This document shows positions 11,252-21,857 of a stretch of 64,000 nucleotides of DNA, piece after piece. The notes beneath the pieces were generated by a model. That model worked only from the letters and a program-made list of their open reading frames with translations. It had not been told where the DNA came from and did no database searches. How positions within the stretch are numbered: the stretch's first letter is position 1; the number at the start of each line of letters is the position of its first letter. The stretch is from Lepidodermella squamata. Its lineage: Eukaryota; Animalia; Gastrotricha. The stretch covers positions 2,046,001-2,110,000 of the forward strand of contig JBLDXI010000003.1 in NCBI GenBank assembly GCA_047495785.1, in the 5' to 3' direction. A program made the position numbers and the translations under genes.

Positions 11252-13555
11252 TTACAGTTTTTTTACATCGAATAGACTCAGGGAAATAGAAATCAACAAC
11301 GCAGCAACAGAAATCGTCATAAGCTGTGCGATGGGGTTATTCAAAATAGAAATGACAGCAAATGCTGCCGTGAACAGCATAGCTGTGTTGAAGACTCGAA
11401 GCAGCATTCTCTTATATCGCCGAGTTTTAATAACGTGCTTTTGTGAGTAGAAGCAAATCAGCAAGAGCGCGAAAAGCAGAACTTGCAGGCAGCAGAAAAC
11501 GCCCACTACTAGTCCTTCAAATTTGCTTTTACACATGAAGCTGAGCTGCTCAGTATATACATCAGAATTGAAGTTATAGAAAGAATTAATAAGATCCCAG
11601 GAAACATTTTGTGAAAACGTGGGGGAAGATAAAATCAACCATGCAGCAAGAAGTGCTGCTGAAGAGACGCAAAAAATCAGAGTAGCTATCAAGGTTGACT
11701 GTTGAAGATGCACGAGGATTTCATCCTCAATTTCTCGAGCTAGATCTTTGTTCACTACTTCTTCCGTCCAGCTGCTGCTTCTAAAAGATTTTCGGCCAAG
11801 ACTGGTCCGAGCATTAGTCGTAAGCCGTGACCTGAACTTGGTGAGTGTGAATTTGGTTTTGCTCATCAAATACTCGCGAAGATTGCCGAAGAATACTCCT
11901 TGGATCATACTGATACCCACGACGAGCAAAACTCGTTGCAAGTAGCAGAAAACTACCCATGAATTTTCAAAAGCAGGTGTTGAGAAAATGACTGCTGAAA
12001 CGTTAAGCAACAAACATGCCGAGGTAATTACGACGCTATCGATTGGAAAAGCCGGCGTTCGATGTAAGAAAAACAGCCGAAGCTTCAGACCAAGAGCGAT
12101 GATGTTCAAAACAGTCGCGAAGACTGTTGTTACAAGGATGAAATAGTGAAATTCCTGAGACACTGTCGTAAGTCGCGAAACTGTTTGTTTACGATCCCGC
12201 GGGGGCTTGCCAGTTTCAGTAAACCAAATAGGCGTCTGCAACACTTTTGTCACGTAGCTGCTTGAGTTGTAAGCTGAATTTTCATCGTTGAGTGCAAACG
12301 TGACAAGAACATTGCGTCCAGTTTTCGGGGTCCACTGAACAGCAACTTGGACATCGCCGTCCACCTCTAAACGAGCAGAATAATGAAGAGGACCAATTCT
12401 CAAGCCAACGAAATCAGTTTTCGAAATCGATTGATTAATCTCCTTGATAACAGCATCAGGTTTTGTGGAGTAGCTAGACAACGAGAGATTTGAAAGCGCC
12501 AATATCTTTTCCGCAGAATCCAGGGCTAAAACAGCTTGCAGAGCAGTGTCAAAGCATGAGGCCCTCTTATCGAAGTCTGCAGGTATCTTCCCAGCCGAGT
12601 AATTCAGGAATTTTGCATCAAACTCTTTGAGATCAAACCCGAGTGAAGATTTCATAGTGACGTTCTCATTGGAGGAAGCCATTGCCAGCCAGAATGAGTA
12701 TTTGAGTTGTTCATGAACAATCTCTTTCGAACACCCTATTACTCCCGTTGGAGCAATGTTAGCCGGTTCAAAGTATGATCCGTATAGCAGGAGGAATGCA
12801 TACCTTCCCCCAGTCATTCCCAACTTATGCGTGAAGCATAAGAATTTCATGATTAGCGGTGGTCCAGACGCTTCGAGGGCTATAACCCGGCTGTCGGAGT
12901 CTTTCAAGGTTGAAATGACTTGTTCTGTTATATCTGGAACGCTGTCGAAGTACGAGACCTCAAAATTGTACAGCAACGCCTCCTGAAGTAGAATTGTTGC
13001 TAGAGTATAGTCGAAAACATTGTTGGCGTTCGTCAAGATTCCGAAACGCTTCCAACCCCCGATTTCCTCGAGAAAATGAAGTTGAGGAAATGCAACCAGC
13101 TCCGTAGAAATTCGAGTGCGGTAAAGATTCGGATATCTTGCCCGATTTGAAGTCAACTGAGGAGTTCCACATCCAATAACGATTTGAGCCATGTTCAAAT
13201 GGTGGATACCCCTCCCAAGGGTTAGGCATCCCGAAGAGAAGAATGGACCGATAATGACTGGAGATATCAAACTCTCTTGTTCAGTTCTTTTGATATCGAC
13301 TGCGTGGCGAGTACTTAGAACGCCCTGAGGTCCTTCGTCTTTGAACACAGGGGTGATTTGATAGTTTGGTAGGATGTCGCTCCTGGAATTGACCTCATCG
13401 AAGACAATTTGGCTAGCGATTCGGCATGCTTGACCGTTTCTCGGCTCATCGCCAGTTATCGGAATCAGAACAAGCATCGACATATTGAATGGCTTTTCCG
13501 CTTCCACCAAGTGAGCCAAGCCAATAAGGACAGAAATCGTAGTGAAAAAAGACAT
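11252..13555 (-). CDS. Class C GPCR, GABA-B-like, copy A4 (767 aa, intronless)
   Basis: Signal peptide, PITGDEPRNGQAC, VFT motifs, 7 TM. Most similar to A3. Confidence 0.93.
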   Translation of the reverse strand: MSFFTTISVLIGLAHLVEAEKPFNMSMLVLIPITGDEPRNGQACRIASQIVFDEVNSRSDILPNYQITPVFKDEGPQGVLSTRHAVDIKRTEQESLISPVIIGPFFSSGCLTLGRGIHHLNMAQIVIGCGTPQLTSNRARYPNLYRTRISTELVAFPQLHFLEEIGGWKRFGILTNANNVFDYTLATILLQEALLYNFEVSYFDSVPDITEQVISTLKDSDSRVIALEASGPPLIMKFLCFTHKLGMTGGRYAFLLLYGSYFEPANIAPTGVIGCSKEIVHEQLKYSFWLAMASSNENVTMKSSLGFDLKEFDAKFLNYSAGKIPADFDKRASCFDTALQAVLALDSAEKILALSNLSLSSYSTKPDAVIKEINQSISKTDFVGLRIGPLHYSARLEVDGDVQVAVQWTPKTGRNVLVTFALNDENSAYNSSSYVTKVLQTPIWFTETGKPPRDRKQTVSRLTTVSQEFHYFILVTTVFATVLNIIALGLKLRLFFLHRTPAFPIDSVVITSACLLLNVSAVIFSTPAFENSWVVFCYLQRVLLVVGISMIQGVFFGNLREYLMSKTKFTLTKFRSRLTTNARTSLGRKSFRSSSWTEEVVNKDLAREIEDEILVHLQQSTLIATLIFCVSSAALLAAWLILSSPTFSQNVSWDLINSFYNFNSDVYTEQLSFMCKSKFEGLVVGVFCCLQVLLFALLLICFYSQKHVIKTRRYKRMLLRVFNTAMLFTAAFAVISILNNPIAQLMTISVAALLISISLSLFDVKKL

Positions 13556-14851
13556 TTTTCAAATCAGACTCAGGGTATATGATTGACTTTTATTTATATG
13601 TGACTCCCGCCTACTCTACAAGCGAATCACTTATATCAGCCAAATTAGCCAAAATAATGAACGGGCGTCTGTTATGCGTAGCGAATAATTAGCAATATTC
13701 GCATATCTTTCCGTGATAGTCGTGGCTGCCCTTGGAAAAAATCTTAAAATAGCCGTCCTCCTTGGATTTATCTCGCTGACTTGAGAGACATTCGACTGCT
13801 ACTTACATCTATCATGCGGGTAATGCTGTCAATTATCGAAATTAAATTGAATGAACTACATGCCGTCACGACACTTGAGGTCGTGGGGCGAAGGTTTATG
13901 CGCTTCTCTGAGATGAGGAGTAGTTATGGTTTGACTTGACGTAATTATCAGCCTTACAGGTATCAACGTTGTTTTCAAAGACTGTTGTCCTTCAACCAGG
14001 ATAACTTCGAACTGAACATGTGTGTTCACAAAATTATCTATAACTCATTCAAAAGATGAAGAATTCATAAGGAAAAGCTCACGATTATATTAACCATACG
14101 TGGGGAGCCTCTCGCTTTCAGGTTGATTATAATTCACAGAGTGTTGGATCGATCCAGTCATCATTATAAAATTGCTTCATAGTGAAATGCAAAATGATAA
14201 GCTAATTCTTTTGCTAGGATGCTTGAATATTATTTTCTGCCCAAGGCATGGAACGTATTGAATTTGGATGATCTTCCTTTAGCACATCATTGGCATTTAT
14301 CAGTAAATCTATCCAAGAAGTTTCATCCAAGAAACTTCAAAGTCTCAGGTTCCTTCAAAAATAACCGTAGCCTACATTAATAGCATTATACGACACCCTA
14401 AAAATAGAATAGTCAGATTCATAATCAGAATCGAGGCTCATCTCCAATTTCAACAGGGCTTATTACTGAATATATTAATCTCGAGAATACAGAGGCAGAC
14501 ATCTTCTGATGCTGAGGATTCCTCGAAACCTCTATAATGGCGAGATAATCCTAACAGCTGAGAACTGAGAAAATAGTGAACAACAACACGAACAAAAGTA
14601 CATCGAAGCGTGATGTTTTGATGCCATGATTGAAACATGACTGATGAAACATGACTAACTACTGAAATAAAAACATTTATTCCAACTAACGCGACAGTGA
14701 ACAACAAACCAAGCGTCGAACGAATTTTGTAGAAGTAAAGGAATATTGTATATTCCCAGCCATTTCGACAGCCAAACGAGTCGAGTTTCAGAAATTGAAT
14801 TGAATCGAAAGATTTGATGTGTTTTACAATTTGATTGAATTTGCTGCAATT

Positions 14852-17314
14852 TCAAGCAATATGGACGCTTGAAGACCGAGCTGCATACAGAAGTGTATGA
14901 TTGTCGCGGGTGAATCTATTCGCAATAGCAGGCCATAGCATCACAATGCTTGAAACTCCAGATATTGCGAAACTGAACAAAGACATTACCATCAACTGGC
15001 CGGAAGGTGAGGATTGCAGAACTACTACAAGAAGCACAGCGCCACCAATCAGAGTCGTCAAATTGGTTGAAGCAAAGCGTATCGAACCAAGATCGGGGTA
15101 TACACTATGCTGAAAATTATTTCGCAAGCCATAAGCTAAAGCAGTGTTGAGACAAGCTATAATCGCATGAAACGCAATGAGGGCTCCGATCCACTCGAGA
15201 TCATGATCAGAGGAGCACAGAAATGCCTCGGAGATGAATATAACATCTGCATTTTCATCGTAATATCCCGGATGGACGAGTGTACCTTTATAAGTCGCTG
15301 GATCAGAGATAAGCCAGACCATCAAAACGATCAAATTTGAGAGTAAGATGCAGGCAACCCCAGTTGAGTTGTACCGAGCTCTTTCTGCAACATGATCATT
15401 AGGCTGGTGTAAAACTGATTGCCGCAGACTTTGTCTATTAGCAGGCGTTAGACTGCTGAGTCTGCTTGTGCGAGTCGGCTGTGGATTTTTTGAATTGACG
15501 TTCCCAGCATCTGCTCTCGAACATCTGTGACCAAGGTGTTTGTACTTGTTGTGAAACAGCAATCTTGATAATAAAGGACTTTGAATGAGAGCCAACGCCA
15601 ATGTAGGGAGTATCCGCTGTAGTAGACAGAGGCTGTCCGGTGTTTCTCCGACAGACCTTACGCCAAACACACATCCGGCAACATTCAATAGGACGCAGCC
15701 AGAAATAACTAAGATTCGGGTCGATGGGTAGACTCTATTTCTCATCAGTTCTGATCTCGTGGTAATCGCGAGACTTACAAACTGAGCGATCGATAGGCCC
15801 GTTGAAATGATAATAGATATCCAAAAGTACTCAAAAGAGACAGCTTCGACGGAAGCTTTCACTGTAACCCTATCTTTAGGTGCATTTCCATCGGCAGTGA
15901 ACCAAATGGGCGAGCTCACTGATCTAACATCGGAATAGCTCGACAAATTGTAAGCCGATGCATTTGCCATGGGTTTGAATAGGTACAAAACCTTCCTAGA
16001 TGAAGGCGGTGTCCATTGAACTACAGAATAAGTTTCGTCATCAAGCTCCATCCGCGACGAGTAGTAAAAACGCTTGATTCTGAGGCCGATGAAATCAGTC
16101 TCAGCCATTGACTCATTTACGGCTTTCACCACAAGTTTTGGATCAGTGTTATAGTCCATAAGTGACATATTCTTGTTAGAAAGCCTCCTCTCGGCCTTGT
16201 CGAGTGCTAGAATGGTCTGTAGGGCATTATCGTGGCAACCCGCTCTTCTATCGTGATCTGCATAAATCTGGTTACTGGTGGACTTGGCAAGAATATTTTC
16301 GAATTCTAGGAAGTTATAGCCTAATGGGTTCCTCGAATTCACATCCTCCGTAATAGAAGACCAGCCAACCCAGAAGGACAGCTTAAGTTGAGCTTTCACA
16401 TTATCACGACTGCAGCCCTCCGAAATGTATTGCGGTAAAGCATTTGGGTCGAAATAAGCCGGTAAGAGGAGCACAAATGCATATTTCTCCCCAGCCAATC
16501 CGAACTTGTAAGCTTGGCACAAGAATAATATGATCAAAGGGTTAGCAGTTACATCAAGGACTATTATTCTGGTATCACTAATTTTAAGAGAAGCCATCAA
16601 CCTTTCGTCGAAATCCATGGCAATTTCGAAAAACGAAACGTCAAAATTGTTTTTGACGGCCTCTTTAAGGAGAAAAATTGCTAGGGTCAGATCGAAAGCA
16701 TTCACAGGCATTGTAACAATGCCGAATCTATCGCCGAATGTTCTCCGAATGAACTGGAGCTGGGAGTAACTGATCAGCTCTCCAGTTCCTCGATTTCGAT
16801 AGTGGTTCGGATAGCGACTTCTCTTAGCCGTTGTTTGAGGAGTTCCGCAAGCTGTAGCTGTATGGATCATGTCTATATGATGAATCATCCCAGCTAGGGG
16901 TATGCAGCCAGGTGCGAACCACGGCCCAATCATGATTGGTGACTGATAAGTTCCCTTCATAGCCAAGTTTTCTTTGTGGGTTTCGAAGGTATTTCGAAAT
17001 TCAACGGCTCTTCTTACGGTGAAAAAGGCTTGAGGGCCTTCATCGACATACGTCCCCTCAATTCGATACTTTGGCAAGATGTCCAGTCGATTGTTGACGT
17101 TTTCAAAAGCAACCTCAGCGCCAGCCTTTTATAGATGTGGCGAAAAAATGCAAGCTATTAATATTGAAATTATATCTATTACTTTGCAAGCCTGGCCAGT
17201 TCTTGGTTCATCCCCTGTAATTGGAATCTGGAATAACACGGTGATAGTGTTGGGTTTTTGAATGGCACACGCAGCCCAAAACATGAGCATTAGGCATAGC
17301 AACTTGAGCTGCAT
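14852..17314 (-). CDS. Class C GPCR, GABA-B-like, copy A5 (2 exons: 17314-17183, 17125-14852)
   Basis: MQLKLL signal peptide. A 57-bp GT-AG intron (17182-17126) lies between GQACK and AGAEV and joins ORFs 17129..17599 and 14852..17077 in frame. Confidence 0.9.
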
Positions 17315-18192
17315 GTTGCGACAAGAATTAAAAAATGGCACAATGTGATTTTCACGGGAACCTAACTGTATTATTGGTGCATGCGCTGAGACTAAATTTA
17401 GAATTCTGCTCTTAATAGCTTCCTCCATCTCAACGAAAGGAATTTGTTCGGATGAGTTGAGTTTGAACGAAATGGACATTTCATTTCCGCGTTTGAAGAT
17501 ATTGCGCACTCTATTATCCGGAGAATTAGTGAGTCCTCGTGTCTCATCCTGGGAGATTGGTGAACTAAAAGCATGCTTATATACATACACATATTTCATC
17601 GCGCACTTCTACTCTTTGTTGTCCCACAAAGAGTTAGCTCGGGCGCGATGTTAAAAATCCTAGCCAAAGAAATCTGAGGTAACGCGTGGGAAACACGCTT
17701 TCAAGCTTTCGAATCTTAACTGATGTGTGTCGGCTGTCGGCTTTTACTTCGAAAAGTGTTTTCAATATTACCTGAATAGTTCTGCTTTATTGACGTTTCA
17801 ATGACCTAATAAATAGAAAGATGGATCGCGTTTCGAAATGTCAGGGTGAAAATGTCTATACAATACATGAAATATCGCGCCTGGTATGAACGTTTATTTT
17901 AAAGGATTGGGTTTTGAAAAGCCCTGTCACAGCTAGATCTCGCGTTCGTGCAATCACACTTTCAGTCAATGCGTTTTGTAATAGTCGGCGATCGCGTGTT
18001 CTAACTATGACTAGGTAGGCTGTTGTCTTCAAGGGCGCATGGTAATACGATGAAACGTTGGCTTTGCATGAGAACGCCATATTAAAAAACGACGAAATGT
18101 GTATGGCAAGTTACGGTTCATGTTGAGCACCGATACTTCATTCACAAAAAGACCATAAGTTTGAATCGACAGGAACTAAACCTGCAACCAGC

Positions 18193-20637
18193 TCATGAGA
18201 TCACGCTTGGATCAGGAGCGTATTTGCTTCCCACCGCGGGCCAAAGCACTATGGAGCTGGTTGCTGCTGATATTGTTAAGCTGAATAAAGATATAACCAT
18301 CAATTGACCTGTTGGCGAAGACGGCAGAACTACAACGAGAAGCACAACGCCTCCAAACAGAGTCGTAAAATTGGTTGAAGCAAAGCGTATCGAACCAAGA
18401 TCGGGGTATACACTATGCTGAAAATTATTTCGCAAGCCATAAGCTAAAGCAGTGTTGAGACAAGCTATAATCGCATGAAACGCAATGAGGGCTCCGATCC
18501 ACTCGAGATCATGATCAGACGAGCAGAGATATGCCTCGGAGTTGAATATCACATCTGCCTTTTCATCATAATATCCGGAATCAATGAGGGTCCGCTTGTA
18601 AGTCGGTTCTTTGATGAATAGCCAGCAGGACAAAGTAATTACCGTGCATATTGTTAACCCACCCACGCCAATGATGGGATAGCGATTTTTTTCCTTAACG
18701 TGATCTGTGGGTTTGAAGATCGGACTGTTTCCCGGGAAATCCTTTTCTACTTGAAATTTGACTTGCTTCCGACCATACGCGCTTTTTGTGTTTAGTGTGC
18801 GAAAACCTTGTGCGGTGAAGGTACCACTCTCCACGTTCCGCAGAATGGATCGAGATCCTTTGTATCTATTATGAAAAAGGAGCCTTGAAAGTAAGGATCC
18901 CTGAATGAAGGCTAACGCCAGTGCAGGAAGTACTCGCTGTAAGAAGCATACGTCATTCGGTGATTTTCCGATTGATCTAACGCCAAACACAATGCCGCAG
19001 CAGTTGAGGAAGAAGCAACCGGATAAGACTAGAATTTGTGTGATAGGATATCCCTCAGACGAACTTCTCTTAAGCTTGTCTCTAATGGAAAATGTCAAAA
19101 AAATGAACTGGGCGAGTGACATTCCAATTGCAATCACTACTGTTAGCCAGAAAAACTCGGACGATACTGCCATTACGGAAACTTTTAACGAAGCTTTGTC
19201 TTTAGGCGCATTTCCGTCCGGGCTGAACCAGGTGGGAAAGTTTACCGGTTTGAAGTCTGCGTAGCCAGAAAGATCATAGGTCGAAGAATTCGGAAGTGTT
19301 TTAATGTAGTACAACACCCTCCTAGTTGAAGGTGGGGTCCATTGAACAGCAGAATATGTCTCGTCATCAAGTTCGGCCCGTGATGAGTAATGAAACCTTT
19401 TGAGTCTCAGGCCAATGAAATCAGTATTGGCCATCGACTCGTTCACCACCTTCATGACAAAATGAGGGTTTGATTTGAAATCTTTGAGAGTCATATTCAT
19501 TTTAGACAACTGTTTTTCAGCTGAATCAAGAGCTAGAACCGTTTGAAGGGCGTTGTCATGGCAGCCGGCTCTTCGATCGTGGTCGGAAAAAATTGTATTG
19601 TTAGTCATATTAGCAAGGATTTTGTCAAATTCTAAGAAGGAATAGCCTAATGGGTTAGTGGAGTTGACGTCGTCAGTTGCAGCTGACCAACCAATCCAAA
19701 ATGATAGCTTCAACTGATCTTTCAGATTTTCCCGGCTGCAACCGTCGGAGATATTAGCTGGCAGAACATTTGGGTCGAAATACGCTGGTAGAAGGAGCAA
19801 AAACGCATATTTCGGGCCAGTTATTCCAGACTTGTAAGCTTGGCATAGAAACTGGATGATCATTGGAGGAGCTGTCACATCAAGAACGGTTATTCGCGTA
19901 TCACTAGCCTTGAGAGCCCCTAGTAACCGCTCATCGAAATCGATTGCTATCTCAAAAAATGAAACATCAAAATGATTTTTCATCGCTTCCTTCAGGAGAA
20001 AAGTGGCTATGGTGTAGTCGAAAGGATTGCCTGGGGCTGTTACTATACCGAATCGATTTCCAAAGCTACGCCTGATGAACTGGAGTTGGGAGTAACCGAT
20101 CAGCTCTCCAGTTCCTCGATTTCGATAGTGGTTCGGATAGCGACTTCTCTTTGCCGTTGTTTGAGGGGTTCCACAAGCTGTAGCTGTATGAATCATGTCT
20201 ATGTGATGAATCATCCCAGCAAGGGGTATGCAACCAGGTGCGAACCACGGCCCAATCATGATTGGGGACTGAAAAGTGTTGTTACTCTCCCAGTTTATTC
20301 CTGCTTCTTCGAAAGACTTCCGAAATTCCACCAATTTTCGGATGGCGAAGAACCCTTGAGGCCCTTCATCGACGTACGTTGCTTCGATTTGGTAGTCGCG
20401 CAAGATATCAGCCCTGCGGTTAACCTGCTGAAAAACAACTTCAGCACCCGCCTGGTGTAAAAAGTCATAGAGAGTTTGCAACAAAAACTGCTTTATTGAT
20501 ACCTTGCAAGCCAGGCCAGTCCTTGGATCGTCTCCAGTAATCGGTATCTGTACCAATACAGATAGGGTATTTCGCTTTTGAATCGAATTGGCTGCATAGA
20601 TGAGAAGAAGAAGTGTAACACTAGTTTTTGGCATCAT
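18193..20637 (-). CDS. Class C GPCR, GABA-B-like, copy A6 (2 exons; 51-bp in-frame intron 20502-20452)
   Basis: The 814-aa ORF contains a 17-aa insert bounded by GT...CAG at exactly the A5 intron position. Close paralogue of A5. Confidence 0.9.
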   Translation of the reverse strand: MMPKTSVTLLLLIYAANSIQKRNTLSVLVQIPITGDDPRTGLACKVSIKQFLLQTLYDFLHQAGAEVVFQQVNRRADILRDYQIEATYVDEGPQGFFAIRKLVEFRKSFEEAGINWESNNTFQSPIMIGPWFAPGCIPLAGMIHHIDMIHTATACGTPQTTAKRSRYPNHYRNRGTGELIGYSQLQFIRRSFGNRFGIVTAPGNPFDYTIATFLLKEAMKNHFDVSFFEIAIDFDERLLGALKASDTRITVLDVTAPPMIIQFLCQAYKSGITGPKYAFLLLLPAYFDPNVLPANISDGCSRENLKDQLKLSFWIGWSAATDDVNSTNPLGYSFLEFDKILANMTNNTIFSDHDRRAGCHDNALQTVLALDSAEKQLSKMNMTLKDFKSNPHFVMKVVNESMANTDFIGLRLKRFHYSSRAELDDETYSAVQWTPPSTRRVLYYIKTLPNSSTYDLSGYADFKPVNFPTWFSPDGNAPKDKASLKVSVMAVSSEFFWLTVVIAIGMSLAQFIFLTFSIRDKLKRSSSEGYPITQILVLSGCFFLNCCGIVFGVRSIGKSPNDVCFLQRVLPALALAFIQGSLLSRLLFHNRYKGSRSILRNVESGTFTAQGFRTLNTKSAYGRKQVKFQVEKDFPGNSPIFKPTDHVKEKNRYPIIGVGGLTICTVITLSCWLFIKEPTYKRTLIDSGYYDEKADVIFNSEAYLCSSDHDLEWIGALIAFHAIIACLNTALAYGLRNNFQHSVYPDLGSIRFASTNFTTLFGGVVLLVVVLPSSPTGQLMVISLFSLTISAATSSIVLWPAVGSKYAPDPSVIS

Positions 20638-21088
20638 TTCGCGTTAAGAAAGGACAAATGCACTACTAATAACGCTTTGCTGTTTTTGACTATGAGGTGT
20701 GTGTTATCCGGTCCGTTGGCTTTTAGACACGAAACACGACACCATTAGGAAAAATCTAGAGTGTGCAATCTAAAAACCACGGGATTCCTAAACTTGACAC
20801 CATTCATCCCTGTCCTGAATTCGGCTGAGATATCAAGTGCTTTCCAGAGGGACGTGGGCGAGAGCAGAACATGTGAATAACAATGAACAGTATTGAACAA
20901 GTTAAAGAGGTGAGAAATTTCGTGGTTAGATAACGTTGTGTGTCTCTGTTATGACGAAAGAATGTTGGCAAATATTTGTTGTTTTGTTGCGTGGAGGTGA
21001 GAATTCCACGAAAAAGATTTAAGACGCATGAAGGGTACGTTTTATTTCATTCAGCTGACAACATTTTGTATTTTGTGCTCGGTGCAGC

Positions 21089-21744
21089 ATGCATAACTAT
21101 CATTACGTCATCCTTTACGTAACAACCATCCTGGTTCTTCTTATTTCCGGAATTCAGTCCTTCGTTCTATCGCTGAAGTTTGATTTTTCGTCACAACCTG
21201 GTACGTTTTCAATCTCATCAGTGGAACGTGTCTTTTTGAAGTGTTTGCAACAGATGCAACCCGATGCAATATTCAAACGATAAAGCGGAAATCAATTTGC
21301 AACAATCCCGGAAATTCATCAAATATTTTGGCGTGCGATTCCAGTTCGCAAATCCTGAAAATTTGTTCGGCGTTCTACGGAAGATGGGACGATAGACCGT
21401 GTTTATCGCTCAATTCAACGGAAGCTGAGGTGAATCATCAACTTCTGAAAAATGTCTATTATGGGGCTGCCAGAGGCCGAGACGATATAACTAGCCTGGT
21501 ATCGAGATTTTGTGATGACAAACATGATTGCACGATTCCATTTCAAAACTTCAACTGCTCAAACTGTACAACACCAAGCCGACCCTACGTAGAAATCGCA
21601 TACGTCTGCACACCAGGTAGGAATATTCATTAATGCCATTATTTCATGATCATTCAAATATTACCTTTTACAGCCACCAGAATCGCAAGTCTTGGAAGAG
21701 TCATGGGAAGAGTGAGAGACCAATCACAATCACAAGCTCGGTGA
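21089..21744 (+). CDS. Secreted SUEL/rhamnose-binding (Gal_lectin)-type lectin domain protein (3 exons: 21089-21200, 21254-21616, 21674-21744)
   Basis: Signal peptide; LAC..ILKICSAFYGRWDDRPC...VSRFCDDKHDCTI...YVEIAYVC pattern; two phase-1 GT-AG introns; AATAAA at ~21767 and 21781. Confidence 0.8.
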
Positions 21745-21857
21745 TCGTCATCTTATTATTTTTCTTAATAAATTATTACAAATAAATTCGAAAAAGTCGA
21801 TATTTACATGTAAGAGTTGTTTACTTATTCGGTCACATAATTTTTGTAACATGAAAT

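Noticed and set aside
10500-14700. Coding-like intergenic stretches (~10500-11200, ~13950-14600) with a faint shared attcaagc/IQAS segment
   Set aside because: Multiple stops, similarity too short, no family recognised.
20840-20852. COE/EBF-like sites (TCCAGAGGGA; TACCCGGGGA at ~10456) upstream of receptors
   Set aside because: Mismatched to the consensus and not consistently present.
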